DNA from: an uncultured Candidatus Saccharibacteria bacterium
Lineage (GTDB): Bacteria; Patescibacteriota; Doudnabacteria; UBA920
Direction: 5' to 3'
NCBI GenBank assembly: GCA_964536745.1
Contig: CAZHYL010000001.1
Coordinates: forward strand, 76,961-140,960
Length of the DNA stretch: 64,000 nucleotides
This document shows, one piece after another, positions 36,986-47,202 of the stretch (position 1 is its first letter; each line of letters begins with the position of its first letter). The translations under genes were made by a program, and so were the position numbers. The notes below the pieces were generated by a model. It was not told where the DNA came from. It worked only from the letters and a program-made list of their open reading frames with translations, and ran no database searches.

Positions 36986-39961
36986 CTAAATCTCTACCAA
37001 ACCGAGCCAAATCGCTTGACCTTCAATAGTAGTCTGCACTTCATAGTCAGCATCTACCTCTAAACTGGTCTTAATTTGATTGATAAATGTTTTCTTTCTA
37101 TCAACCAAGTTTACCAAGCTATCTATTAAACCTTGGTCGGTAGTATTGTAATATAGGTCGACAATTTGCCCAACTTTAAGGCCACTCTTTTTTCTTAAAT
37201 CTTGAATCGCGCGCTCGATATCACGGGCCACACCTTCTTGTTTCAACTCAGGTGTAAGCTGAGTATTCAAAGCAACCGACATTACCCCTTCGGATTTATC
37301 CACCCAACCACTTCGAGAAATAATCTCTGTGCTAGTAACCTTCTTTACATTTAACTCTTCTGCCAAAATTGCTTCCAAAGACTGATCCAAGCTAACATCT
37401 TCGCCAGAAAGTGAATACTGAATTTCTGCCAATGGCTGTCTAACCTTAATGTTATGCTCTTTACGCAACGATAAGCCAAGCTCTACTAATCCACGAAGCT
37501 GAACCATTTCATCTAGACTGCTCTGTCTAAAGTCACGTACCTCACTCCACTTTGCTAAATGCACGGAAGTCTCGCCAGTTAAATCTCGATAAATATGTTC
37601 AGACAAAAATGGCATAATTGGCGCCAGCATTTTGCTAATCTCCATCAATACGAAACCAAGCACTTCCAATGCAGTAGTTGCGTCACTATCGCCGGCTTTG
37701 ATTCGGTCGCGACTGCGACGAACATACCAAGTAGATAAATCTGTAACCAGTTCCTGAAGCGCGCGGCCAGTTTTAACAGTGTTAAATTTATCCATTTGTT
37801 CCGTTACAAATTTATGAGTTTCGAACAAACGAGATAAAATCCACACATCTAAACTATGATTGGAGCTTGGTACAGTACCTGTCACCGATGACTTACTGTA
37901 CATTCTGAAGAACTGCCAAGTATTCCAGAAAATTAAACTTAATTTTCTGTTAACCTCGGCTACACCGCTTTCCGAAAAACTTAAATCTTCACCACCAACA
38001 ACCGGACTGGTTAATAAATAATAACGAATAGCATCCATGCCATAGCGTCCAATTACATCATATGGATCTGGGAAATTATTCTTCGACTTAGACATCTTGC
38101 TACCATCTTCTGCCAAAATTGTACCCGTGGTAACTACATTTCGAAACGGTTCTTTGTCGAATAAAATTGTCCCTAAAACATGCATCACATAAAACCAAGC
38201 ACGGGTTTGGGGAATATATTCAGCTACAAAATGAGCTGGATAACGTTGTTTAAACAATTCTTCATTTTCAAATGGTGCATGCAGTTCTGCAAATGGCATG
38301 CTAGCAGATTCTACCCAACAATCCACAACTTCTGGAACACGATTCATTTTCCCGCCACAATTCTTACAATCCATAACCACCTTATCTATAAATGGCTTAT
38401 GTAAATCTAACTTATCTAAATTTGCAGGATCGTAGTCGGGATAAACTTCAGAAAAATTATTACTTTGCGACTTTAGCTCTTCGACAGAACCAATACAAAC
38501 CACATTATCGCAAGCCTCGCTTGTGCACTTCCAAAATGGTAGAGCAGTTGCCCAATAACGATTTCGAGAAATATTCCAGTCTGGTGCGTTTTCAATACCT
38601 TGCCCAAATCGGCCTTCCTTTAAATGCTCTGGGTACCAGTTGATATTCTGGTTAAGCTCTTTCATTCTTGGCTTAATTTTTTGAATATCAATAAACCAAG
38701 CAGGTAAAGCAGAGTAATACAAAGGAGTCCCACAGCGCCAACAATGTGGATAGCTGTGAGTAAAACTTAATACTTTATAAACCAAGCCCTTGGCTTGTAA
38801 CTCATTTAATACGATTCGATCTGCATCTTTGAAGAATACCCCGCGCAAATTCTCTGGTGCAGCATCCATAAACTCACCTTTTGCATCAAGCATTTGCATT
38901 CGTGGCAAGTTGCGTTGCTTTGCAGCCTGATAATCTACTTCTCCATACATCGCTGCATTATGAACAATACCTGTGCCATCGGTCGTAGTAACGTAATCTT
39001 CAATATAAATTTTGAAGGCTGTATTATTTGGATTAGCGATTACACCATTGTATAAAGGTTCGTAGCTAATACCTTCAAGAGATCTTGCCGAAACTTCCAA
39101 CTTAACTTCATACTCACCATCTAATACCTCCAGCCTATCCTTCGCCAAAACAAAGAAATTGCCCTGCTGTTCTACTATTACATATGTAATTTCTGGACCT
39201 ATATTTAAAGCAGTGTTACCAGGTAAAGTCCAAGGGGTTGTGGTCCAGGCAAGAGCATAAGTTTTATCATTGGTCATGAAATCAACAATACGCTGACCAC
39301 TGGTTAATTTAAACTTCGCAAACACTGAATCTTCAGTTACATCTTTATAGCTGTTATCCATTGCCACTTCAAAATTCGACAATGGGGTCTCACAACGGCT
39401 GCAATACATTAATACCTTGCTATCTTGGTAAATTAAACCTTTATCCCAAACTTGTTTTAACCCCCACCACACACTTTCCATGAAAGAGGTATCCATGGTT
39501 TTATAAGAATGTTCAAAATCCACCCATCGCGCCATGCGATTTACCATTTTGCCCCAATCGGCAACATAGGTTAAAACATTTTCTCTGCATGCTGCATTAA
39601 ACTTATCTACCCCGATTTCTTCAATCTGTTTTTTTCCAGAGATACCTAACTTACCTTCAACAATATTCTCGATCGGCAGCCCATGGCAATCCCAGCCCCA
39701 AACACGGCGAACATAATTCCCCTTCATCGTTTGGTATCTGCCAACAGCGTCTTTTACCGTAGAACCTAAAATATGACCATAGTGTGGTGTTCCAGTTGCA
39801 AAAGGAGGACCATCATAAAAAATGAACGGTGAGCCGTCTTTGGTATGCTCGAGAGATTTTTCAAACATTTTCTGCTCGTTCCAGTAAGCTAGAGTTTCTA
39901 ACTCGGTTTGATTAAAATCTGGTGCATTACTCTTTGGTTTTTCAGTATTTTCTTCTGTCAT
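36986..39961 (-). CDS. ileS: Isoleucine--tRNA ligase (type 2)
   Basis: DGPPFATG.PHYGH, GWDCHGLP, WTTTPWTLP, SRNRYW, KMSKS; type 2 C-terminus without zinc finger. Confidence 0.95.
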   Translation of the reverse strand: MTEENTEKPKSNAPDFNQTELETLAYWNEQKMFEKSLEHTKDGSPFIFYDGPPFATGTPHYGHILGSTVKDAVGRYQTMKGNYVRRVWGWDCHGLPIENIVEGKLGISGKKQIEEIGVDKFNAACRENVLTYVADWGKMVNRMARWVDFEHSYKTMDTSFMESVWWGLKQVWDKGLIYQDSKVLMYCSRCETPLSNFEVAMDNSYKDVTEDSVFAKFKLTSGQRIVDFMTNDKTYALAWTTTPWTLPGNTALNIGPEITYVIVEQQGNFFVLAKDRLEVLDGEYEVKLEVSARSLEGISYEPLYNGVIANPNNTAFKIYIEDYVTTTDGTGIVHNAAMYGEVDYQAAKQRNLPRMQMLDAKGEFMDAAPENLRGVFFKDADRIVLNELQAKGLVYKVLSFTHSYPHCWRCGTPLYYSALPAWFIDIQKIKPRMKELNQNINWYPEHLKEGRFGQGIENAPDWNISRNRYWATALPFWKCTSEACDNVVCIGSVEELKSQSNNFSEVYPDYDPANLDKLDLHKPFIDKVVMDCKNCGGKMNRVPEVVDCWVESASMPFAELHAPFENEELFKQRYPAHFVAEYIPQTRAWFYVMHVLGTILFDKEPFRNVVTTGTILAEDGSKMSKSKNNFPDPYDVIGRYGMDAIRYYLLTSPVVGGEDLSFSESGVAEVNRKLSLIFWNTWQFFRMYSKSSVTGTVPSSNHSLDVWILSRLFETHKFVTEQMDKFNTVKTGRALQELVTDLSTWYVRRSRDRIKAGDSDATTALEVLGFVLMEISKMLAPIMPFLSEHIYRDLTGETSVHLAKWSEVRDFRQSSLDEMVQLRGLVELGLSLRKEHNIKVRQPLAEIQYSLSGEDVSLDQSLEAILAEELNVKKVTSTEIISRSGWVDKSEGVMSVALNTQLTPELKQEGVARDIERAIQDLRKKSGLKVGQIVDLYYNTTDQGLIDSLVNLVDRKKTFINQIKTSLEVDADYEVQTTIEGQAIWLGLVEI

Positions 39962-39976
39962 AGATAGTTAATATTA

Positions 39977-41713
39977 CTACATTTGCTCTGGAGCTTCAAT
40001 TCCGAGTAACCCCAAACCGTTCTTCAAAACTTGAGCTGTTCCTAAGATTAAACCAGCACGAAATTGTTGTTTTACAGAATCGGTTTCTTTTAAAATCGGA
40101 ACAACTTCATAAAATGAATTGAACACCTGCGAAAGTTCGAATAAATAATTACAAATTAGGTTTGGAGAATAATTTTCGGAAGCAGTGCCAATAATTTCTG
40201 GAAATTGATTTAATTTTCGCAAAACCATAGTCTCTTGATCGTTTAATGTAACCCGCTCTGGAATGGAATTAGGTATTGCTAAATTTGCTTTTCTAAACAC
40301 ACCATTAATTCTTGCGTAAGTGTATTGCATATATGGGCCTGTATTTCCTTCAAAAGATAAGGCCTTATCCCAAGTGAATACAATATCACTTTTATAGTTA
40401 TGAGAAAGATCGAAGTACTTTATCGCGGCTTGCATCACTTGTTTACTAACCACTGGCTTATTAGATAAATCCGGATTCTTCTCTTCAATAATTTGCAGAG
40501 CCTGGGTCTGGGCCTTTTGAATTAATTCGTTAGCTCCAATAATTGTTCCTTTGCGAGTACTCATAGCTCCTTCTGGCAAACTTAAGAATCCATAAGCAAT
40601 ATGTATGGCCTCATTTGGCATCTCTATATATCCAAGTAATTCTAAAATTTTGAAAGTCTGGTTTAAAGTATGACTCTGGCGGTTATCTACAACATATATT
40701 TGTTTAGCGAAGCCTTGTTGTTTTCTATATATATAGGTGGCAAGATCACGAAGTAAGTAGGTAGTACCACCATCACTTTTTACGACAATAGCTACACCTA
40801 AACCATAATCTTCTAAATTTACAATTTGTGCACCTTGAGATTCAACTAACAACTTCTTTTGCTTAAGTTCGTCTAGTACCGAAGGCATTTTGTCCGCAAA
40901 AAAACTTTCTGGCCAATCATTATCAGATTTTCTAACTCCAAGGTCATCGTAAATTACACTATACTCTTGCCAGCTCCAGTCTCGGAACTGTTGCCAAATC
41001 TTTTTTACTTCCTCATCGCCTTGTTCTAACTTTACAAACTCTTGTTTGCCCTCTTCTCTCAACTCTGGATTAGATTCAATTTCTGTGTTAATCCGAACAT
41101 ATAATTTATTTAATTCGGTGATTGGATCTTTTTCAATTACTGCTAAATCTCCCCATTTTTTATAAGCCAATAAAAGTAAACCAAACTGCGTTCCCCAATC
41201 TCCAAGATGAGTATCGCTCTCAACATTAAATCCTGTTGCATTTAAAATTTTAAAAAGACTATCACCAATAATTGCTGTTCGTAGGTGGCCTAAATGAAGA
41301 GGCTTAGCCATATTAGGTTGAAAATACTCTACTAATACTTTTGTACCATTACCTAAATCAGTTTTTCCAAAATCACTCTTCTCTTCTAAAATGTTTTCTA
41401 AATTTTTCAAAAGATAATCTTCAGATAACCAAATATTTATAAATCCTCCAACAGACTCTACTTTTGAAAAAGAGTTTTTTCTGTCTAACTCTGCGAGCTT
41501 AGTAGCCAAAAGTGTAGCTAGCTCTTGAGGATTCTTACTAGGAGCTTCATTAAATTTCTTGAACAAAACCATGGCAGCGTTGGTAGCGTAATCACCTAAA
41601 CCTGCCTTGGGATACGACACGTCAAAAATACCACTACCTAATACGGTACTGGCTTCATCAGGAGAAATTGCGGTAACCGCCTCTCTAATTAGCTCTGAAA
41701 TATAAGCTTTCAT
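39977..41713 (-). CDS. argS: Arginine--tRNA ligase
   Basis: PNMAKPLHLGH, GDWGTQFG, MSTRKG, GNTGPYMQY..AR, LGI..P..M C-terminus. Confidence 0.97.
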   Translation of the reverse strand: MKAYISELIREAVTAISPDEASTVLGSGIFDVSYPKAGLGDYATNAAMVLFKKFNEAPSKNPQELATLLATKLAELDRKNSFSKVESVGGFINIWLSEDYLLKNLENILEEKSDFGKTDLGNGTKVLVEYFQPNMAKPLHLGHLRTAIIGDSLFKILNATGFNVESDTHLGDWGTQFGLLLLAYKKWGDLAVIEKDPITELNKLYVRINTEIESNPELREEGKQEFVKLEQGDEEVKKIWQQFRDWSWQEYSVIYDDLGVRKSDNDWPESFFADKMPSVLDELKQKKLLVESQGAQIVNLEDYGLGVAIVVKSDGGTTYLLRDLATYIYRKQQGFAKQIYVVDNRQSHTLNQTFKILELLGYIEMPNEAIHIAYGFLSLPEGAMSTRKGTIIGANELIQKAQTQALQIIEEKNPDLSNKPVVSKQVMQAAIKYFDLSHNYKSDIVFTWDKALSFEGNTGPYMQYTYARINGVFRKANLAIPNSIPERVTLNDQETMVLRKLNQFPEIIGTASENYSPNLICNYLFELSQVFNSFYEVVPILKETDSVKQQFRAGLILGTAQVLKNGLGLLGIEAPEQM

Positions 41714-41814
41714 ATTGTTTATTATACTTTATTATTGCCGATTTTAGAAGATAGTATTGACAAAACTACTAAAAAGTTGTATTCTAAGTGGTATTTCTGA
41801 AGGAGGACAAGATA

Positions 41815-42054
41815 ATGAGCAAACGACCAAATTTCAAAATTGGCGACAAAGTTACCTGGCGCGAATCTGATGGTAGTTGGATGAAAAGTTTACGGGAAAA
41901 ACATGGGGATGGGCCATTCACTGTTTACGACGCAAGCTGGCAAGCATACGGAACGCCTAATGTGAAAATCATGACAGAGGAAAACAGACCCATCTTGGTT
42001 CACGGCGATAACCCATGGATAAATTCCGCCTGCTTTCAATTGTTACAAGATTAG
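41815..42054 (+). CDS. Small hypothetical protein (SH3-like fold possible)
   Basis: SD AGGAGG 41801-41806, promoter TTGACA-17-TATTCT 41757-41785, FKIGDKV motif. Confidence 0.7.
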   Translation: MSKRPNFKIGDKVTWRESDGSWMKSLREKHGDGPFTVYDASWQAYGTPNVKIMTEENRPILVHGDNPWINSACFQLLQD

Positions 42055-42064
42055 TGGAGGCGAA

Positions 42065-42355
42065 ATGCTAAATTCAATTGCAAACATGGTAGGATTTAGA
42101 AACGCAAATCACCTTGCTTATTTTCTAATTTCATTTAACTGTATTGTCTTCACGACAATTTTGGTTTTTAAGAATAAGGATCTCAGCAGATGGCCAATTC
42201 TTATATTTCTTGCGGTACTACATTTCCTCACAACATTCTTAGCCATTGATGTAGTATTTATAAAAAAATGGAAAAGTAATGTTTATTCAAAAGATTGCAT
42301 CTGGTATAACGCCCTTTTAGGAATTGGCTATCTGTCAATTTACTTCGTTTCGTAA
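42065..42355 (+). CDS. Small three-TM hypothetical protein
   Basis: SD GGAGG, hydrophobic helices, terminator AAGCAGC-TCCG-GCTGCTT+T run right after stop. Confidence 0.65.
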   Translation: MLNSIANMVGFRNANHLAYFLISFNCIVFTTILVFKNKDLSRWPILIFLAVLHFLTTFLAIDVVFIKKWKSNVYSKDCIWYNALLGIGYLSIYFVS

Positions 42356-42410
42356 GCAGCTCCGGCTGCTTTTTTATTTATGACAATTATTTTTATAAAA
42401 TAAAAAGGCG

Positions 42411-42740
42411 TCATTTGACGCCTGTGTTGCTATTCGAATTAACTCTTGAATTTACCGTTGACTTATTACTGACTTCAGTATTAGTCGGACTGGTAACTTT
42501 CTGAGATAATTTTTCACATGGGACATAAGTCACAGAGACGAACTGTCTCACTGAGCCTTCGGAAGAAATCTGACTTGCTCCAAAAAATGCATAGCATACC
42601 CCAGGGTTATTTGGATCTTCCTTGTAAGTAACCTGCTTTACGAACTCTTCTGCTGATCCATGAGAAACCTTACTCGGCTCCACAGAGCAAGCAGAAAGAA
42701 TCATTAAAAGAGATGTTAATAAAATTAATTTCGTTTTCAT
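42411..42740 (-). CDS. Small hypothetical lipoprotein
   Basis: Lipobox LSAC, SD AGGAGG, promoter TTGACA-17-TATTAT (42808-42780), terminator overlapping stop. Confidence 0.7.
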   Translation of the reverse strand: MKTKLILLTSLLMILSACSVEPSKVSHGSAEEFVKQVTYKEDPNNPGVCYAFFGASQISSEGSVRQFVSVTYVPCEKLSQKVTSPTNTEVSNKSTVNSRVNSNSNTGVK

Positions 42741-42827
42741 CTAGCCTCCTACGATTGTATGTCTTCGGAAAGACTGGTTATAATACTCTGATTTTATGCT
42801 TCTGTCAATCCTTGCTAAAATATACTT

Positions 42828-43265
42828 ATGAAATCCTTAGCATCCAACAAAAGAGCTAAATTCGACTTCGACATCACAGACACCTATGATGCTGGTTTAG
42901 TTTTGACTGGAGCAGAAGTGAAGGCACTAAAATCTGGCAATGCTTCCCTCACAGGTAGCTATGTAAAAATCTCACCTACTGGTGCGTCATTAATTAATGC
43001 TCATATTGGTGCATATAAATACGCAGTACAGGATGGCTATGAACCAACCAAATCAAGAAAACTTTTGCTGAATAAAAAAGAAATAAATGCTCTTATTGGA
43101 AAAGACAAAGGCGCTACAATTATCCCTTTAGAAATCTATGTGGGGCAAAGAAATTTGGTTAAATTAAAAATTGGTGTTGGGCGAGGTCGTAAAAAAGAAG
43201 ACAAACGCGAATATATCAAAAAGCGCGACACAAAGCGTGAAGTTAGCAAGTCTATAGATAAATAA
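42828..43265 (+). CDS. smpB: SsrA-binding protein SmpB
   Basis: NKRAKFDF, AGLVLTGAEVK, RKLLL.K.EI, G.G.K..DKR..IK.RD. Confidence 0.97.
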   Translation: MKSLASNKRAKFDFDITDTYDAGLVLTGAEVKALKSGNASLTGSYVKISPTGASLINAHIGAYKYAVQDGYEPTKSRKLLLNKKEINALIGKDKGATIIPLEIYVGQRNLVKLKIGVGRGRKKEDKREYIKKRDTKREVSKSIDK

Positions 43266-43339
43266 AAGTTGTTCGAACAGAACAACTTTTTTATATCTTC
43301 TTTTGATTAACTTTATAGACAATAGTCTATAATGAAAAC

Positions 43340-43906
43340 ATGAAGATCAATAAAGACCTTGTATACTTAACCATAATAATTGGACTAATCGCTTCCTGCG
43401 CACAGATTTACTATACATTTCAATTTAAACCTTCATGGCAAGCAAAACAAGCTAGTCAAATAACAGTTGTCTATAATAAAGAAGTCTCTGCAAATGAGCT
43501 GGTAATAGATGAGATTAGACAAGCTAACCAATTCGTAAACTTTGCTATCTACACCTTCACTCGCACGGACATCAAAGATGCTCTCATTGCAGCAAAATAT
43601 CGAGGGTTGCAAGTTAAAGGTGTAGTAGATAAAGAACAAACAGATAAGATTGAAGAACAAAAATCCATAATTACCGAGATGACCAATGCTGGAATTCCAA
43701 TTGTATTCGATGATCATAGTGGAATTATGCACCTTAAAGTTTTAGTGACTGATAAATCGTATGTTTCAGGCTCTTATAACTGGACTGCCAGTGCTACAAC
43801 CTCAAACGATGAAGTCTTGGAAATAGGCCATGAGGAATCTGTTAGGTTAATGTATAAAAGACTAACAGACAAACTTTTTAACAAGTACTCTGCAAGCAGT
43901 TTGTGA
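43340..43906 (+). CDS. Membrane-anchored phospholipase D/Nuc-family protein (single HKD)
   Basis: HLKVLVTD (HxKxxxxD), GSYNWT...NDE. Confidence 0.85.
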   Translation: MKINKDLVYLTIIIGLIASCAQIYYTFQFKPSWQAKQASQITVVYNKEVSANELVIDEIRQANQFVNFAIYTFTRTDIKDALIAAKYRGLQVKGVVDKEQTDKIEEQKSIITEMTNAGIPIVFDDHSGIMHLKVLVTDKSYVSGSYNWTASATTSNDEVLEIGHEESVRLMYKRLTDKLFNKYSASSL

Positions 43907-43918
43907 TATAATTACTGA

Positions 43919-44185
43919 ATGGAATACATAACTTTAACCGATTTATTTTTCTGGGTAACTGGAATTGCGGTGATAATTATCACTACGCTTTTAGTTATCG
44001 CTTTACTGTATTTAATATTCTTCTTAAGAACGATTAAGAAAGTTTTAGATACAGCTAAAAAAACCGCGGATTTTATTTCGGACGATGTTAATACACTTCG
44101 TAAAAATATTAAAAAAGATGGTTTCAGTCTAAAGGCTCTAATTAAGTTCGCCTTGGGCTTAAACAATAAAGGAAAGAATAAATAA
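43919..44185 (+). CDS. Small membrane protein (DUF948/YoxC-like)
   Basis: TM followed by basic amphipathic helix; paired with YtxH-like gene. Confidence 0.6.
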   Translation: MEYITLTDLFFWVTGIAVIIITTLLVIALLYLIFFLRTIKKVLDTAKKTADFISDDVNTLRKNIKKDGFSLKALIKFALGLNNKGKNK

Positions 44186-44186
44186 T

Positions 44187-44633
44187 ATGGCAAAAGCACA
44201 ATCAAATAAGGGAAAAGCAATCGCAATTGGCGCAGGACTAGCAGCTGTTGCAGCAGCAGCGGCTGGGGTCTACTTCTTCACTGGAAAGAATGCCAAAAAT
44301 AGGAAGAAAGTCGCAAAATGGGCAACACAGATGCAAGAAGACGTAGTAAAAGAACTTAGTAAAGCTGGCAAGCACACCAAAGCTAGTTATGCGAAAGTGG
44401 TAGATCAGGTCTCCAAGAACTACAAAGGTCTAAAAAATGTGAGCGCAACAGAACTATCGAGTTTAGCTAAAGAATTAAAAGGTCACTGGAATGCAATTAA
44501 TTCTGAAGTAAGTAAAGCAACTAAAACCGTGCGAAAAGTTGTACCTAAGGCTGTTAAATCAGTTTCAAGAAAAGTAAAAGTTACCACAGCAAAAAAAGTA
44601 GTAAAGAAAGTGGCAAAGAAATCTCGTCGTTAA
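44187..44633 (+). CDS. YtxH-like / Lys-rich membrane-associated protein
   Basis: GAGLAAVAAAAAGVYFF.GK..K.RKKV, histone-like Lys/Val tail. Confidence 0.65.
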   Translation: MAKAQSNKGKAIAIGAGLAAVAAAAAGVYFFTGKNAKNRKKVAKWATQMQEDVVKELSKAGKHTKASYAKVVDQVSKNYKGLKNVSATELSSLAKELKGHWNAINSEVSKATKTVRKVVPKAVKSVSRKVKVTTAKKVVKKVAKKSRR

Positions 44634-44636
44634 TTC

Positions 44637-44667
44637 AAATCCCCTGCAGGTTGCAGGGGATTTTTTT
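44637..44667. terminator. Bidirectional terminator
   Basis: AAATCCCCTGCA-GGT-TGCAGGGGATTT. Confidence 0.8.
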
Positions 44668-45208
44668 ACATAAAGATTTTTTGCAAACTTGGGAATGTTT
44701 TTATAACCCAAGGAATAGCCCATCTGTCTAAACCAAACCAACCAGCTGTTCTCCACGCGACAATTAAGAAAGCTTGCAAAACAAACATTAATGGATTAAG
44801 CCCTGCAGAACCAGCAAGCATGTAAGCAAGGTTCATTGCGCCGCCCCAAAATGCAGCCTTCCCAACCGCGACTCCCAAAATTAATGCGACTCCAACAGCG
44901 ATCTCACCATAGGTAACCAAGTAAGAAAACAATTCAGCGTTCGGCAAAGCAACATTTTGGATAAAACTTCCATACCAACCAAGCACTGCAGGATGATCTC
45001 CTGTTGTTAAGGTGAGTGCATGTTGAAGAAAACCGGACACAGCTGTGCCAGCTTTTTCACCTGTCCATGCGGCGTCGCCAAACTTAACCCAACCCGCCTC
45101 TAGCCATAACCAACCAACGTATAGTCTAATTATTAGCCATAGCCAAGAAAGCTGTGTGCTCTCGCTTATAAAAGCAAAAGCCCGATACTGTGGGAATTGC
45201 GTTTTCAT
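44666..45208 (-). CDS. DoxX / TQO small subunit (DoxD) family membrane protein
   Basis: RLYVGWLWLEAGW.K, GEIAVG..LILG, MN..Y.LAG, G..GLD. Confidence 0.88.
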   Translation of the reverse strand: MKTQFPQYRAFAFISESTQLSWLWLIIRLYVGWLWLEAGWVKFGDAAWTGEKAGTAVSGFLQHALTLTTGDHPAVLGWYGSFIQNVALPNAELFSYLVTYGEIAVGVALILGVAVGKAAFWGGAMNLAYMLAGSAGLNPLMFVLQAFLIVAWRTAGWFGLDRWAIPWVIKTFPSLQKIFM

Positions 45209-45324
45209 AAAATTAAGATTAATTTACTACCACTTTAATTATATTCCTTTTGTTTGGTAAATAAAAGAAACCATTCTTGTGGAAGTAAGAATGGTTTTAA
45301 GTAAAACGGATGCCGAAACATAGA

Positions 45325-45720
45325 TCAATTCATTTTCGGATTTCCTCTGTTAGACATCCGACCCACGATAGCCGAGGCCATCCGACCGGTATCGCCAATG
45401 ATGTCACAGATCTTCGGATCGCTTTCGATTAACGAACGCAGCTGATCTTCATCTTTCAAAATGTAAAATTTATGAAGCAGTGAGCCGTAGCCAGAACTAT
45501 GGTACACCATTCCATCCTCAAACTTTTTGAAAGTAGATCGTAAAAATCCGTAGACCTTACCGTTGGGATGAATTGGATCTTCATCGATCCAGATGTCATC
45601 ACCTTTTTTTAGACTTTGCAGTTCTTCAAGCGTAGCAGGTGCAAAGCACTTACCCACCTCACGATTTTGAAGTCCAGTCCACTGATTGAAATACAACGCA
45701 ACGTTCAATTGTTTAGCCAT
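45325..45720 (-). CDS. Hypothetical protein (131 aa)
   Basis: SD AAGGAGG, promoter TTGACA-17-TAAGGT (45780-45752), terminator 45268-45297. Confidence 0.7.
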   Translation of the reverse strand: MAKQLNVALYFNQWTGLQNREVGKCFAPATLEELQSLKKGDDIWIDEDPIHPNGKVYGFLRSTFKKFEDGMVYHSSGYGSLLHKFYILKDEDQLRSLIESDPKICDIIGDTGRMASAIVGRMSNRGNPKMN

Positions 45721-45766
45721 CGATTTTTCCTCCTTGATTAAGTGTTAAAATACCTTAGCAAGAAAC

Positions 45767-45795
45767 TTGACAAATGTCAATATTTACAGTACAAT
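45767..45795 (+). promoter_or_regulatory. tmRNA promoter
   Basis: TTGACA-17-TACAAT. Confidence 0.75.
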
Positions 45796-45823
45796 TATGC
45801 TACCCAATTACGGGAAAAGATCT

Positions 45824-46212
45824 GGGGATGCCGGATTTTGACAGGACTTTACAATCGTTTTATATGCAAGACGAGCCAGCTTGCAAGCTCGATAATCTTA
45901 CAAGCATCAATATGTGCTAACGCATACAAAAAGGTCGTTGCTGCATTTCAAAATGCGCAACTTGCACCTGCTTTCGCTTAACATTTAAGCAAAGCCCAGC
46001 CTCTAGCTTTTCTTCGCGCTAGAACCAGCTTGGATTATTAGAAGATATAATTTTGTGATCTGATATACATTACAAAATCGAAAATTTGTATATCGCCTAG
46101 CATTCTTCGTTGTCCGTTGGTTAGGGTGCTAGTACTATAACGGACTAATCTTGTGAATAATGGAACGGTTAGTTAGTTTTGGACGCGGGTTTAACTCCCG
46201 CCATCTCCACCA
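45824..46212 (+). ncRNA. ssrA: tmRNA (transfer-messenger RNA)
   Basis: GGGGATG...CATCTCC-ACCA acceptor stem with G3:U wobble, T-arm GCGGG/CCCGC, tag frame 45916-45981 ANAYKKVVAAFQNAQLAPAFA*; smpB 2.5 kb upstream. Confidence 0.95.
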
Positions 46213-46294
46213 CGATTGACAAATACCACTATATGTGGTATTTTTGTTTGTCTATCTAAATGAGTAGACTATTTAATTTACGGAGGATAATAAA

Positions 46295-47029
46295 TTGGAT
46301 TTAGCAGATTTTGGAATGCTGGTTAACTCAATGGACGGTAATCGTGGAGGCGATGGGGATTCTGGTTCAATATTCCCTCGTTCCGACGCAACCGACCTCG
46401 GCAATGGTGCACGTTTCATTCCTGGCGAAGTCACTACGGCGCGACGAGCAGGAAAGAAAGTGCAATTTCAGCAGCCCTGCAAGAATCAGTGTTGTTGGTT
46501 CTGGCAAATGCCAGATGGATCAAGAATCTATCACTACGAGATCTCTTCGAGCGAGCAGTTGAAGAAAGAAAATGAAGGGGTTTGCCCGAATTGTGGGAAC
46601 GATTACATCAATGGCGGAACGATGTCAGTAGAGCAAGCCACGGCCCACAATCAAAAAACAACTGTCACCAATACCGCGACGCTTCCCAATGTAAGGAAGG
46701 CCGCCGTCGATGTTCTCGAAATCAATGATCCCACTTTCATTTACAATCAGGAAGCCGCCGGTCAAGAAGAGCTCGTCAAGAGCGACACCTTACCGAGCAA
46801 TATAGATAGTGAATCAAAGAAGATTCTTGAAGAAGCGGGAGTTAAATTCGGTAACCCTGTTGATGGCGATCCCATCTTCACTTACGCCGAACTCCCAGCA
46901 GGTTGGAAAAAAGTCCCCACCGATCATTCAATGTGGTCAAACCTCGTCGACGAGACAGGTAAAGTCAGAGCGCAAATCTTTTACAAAGCCGCGTGCTACG
47001 ACCGCAGAGCAAACATCCATCTTGTCTGA
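46295..47029 (+). CDS. Hypothetical protein with Cys-rich zinc-ribbon-like N-part and phage-like C-part
   Basis: SD GGAGG, C..CC...CPNCG, LPAGW....TDHSMWS.LVD..G..RA.IFYKAA.YDR; terminator 47055-47087. Confidence 0.7.
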   Translation: MDLADFGMLVNSMDGNRGGDGDSGSIFPRSDATDLGNGARFIPGEVTTARRAGKKVQFQQPCKNQCCWFWQMPDGSRIYHYEISSSEQLKKENEGVCPNCGNDYINGGTMSVEQATAHNQKTTVTNTATLPNVRKAAVDVLEINDPTFIYNQEAAGQEELVKSDTLPSNIDSESKKILEEAGVKFGNPVDGDPIFTYAELPAGWKKVPTDHSMWSNLVDETGKVRAQIFYKAACYDRRANIHLV

Positions 47030-47202
47030 AACTGAAAATCCACAATCTATCACGAGGCACGCTTGCAAATGCGAGTGTGTCTTTTTTATACCTTGACGAT
47101 TTTTATAAAATGTGGTAAAGTTAGTAAATCAAGTTTATCTCTAGGAAAAATCGTCGAGCTCCAATATATATTTAAATTTGCTTTATTATTTAAATTACAA
47201 CT

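Noticed and set aside
45742-45981. 79-aa ORF in the track
   Set aside because: It is the tmRNA tag frame extended upstream through the promoter, not an independent gene
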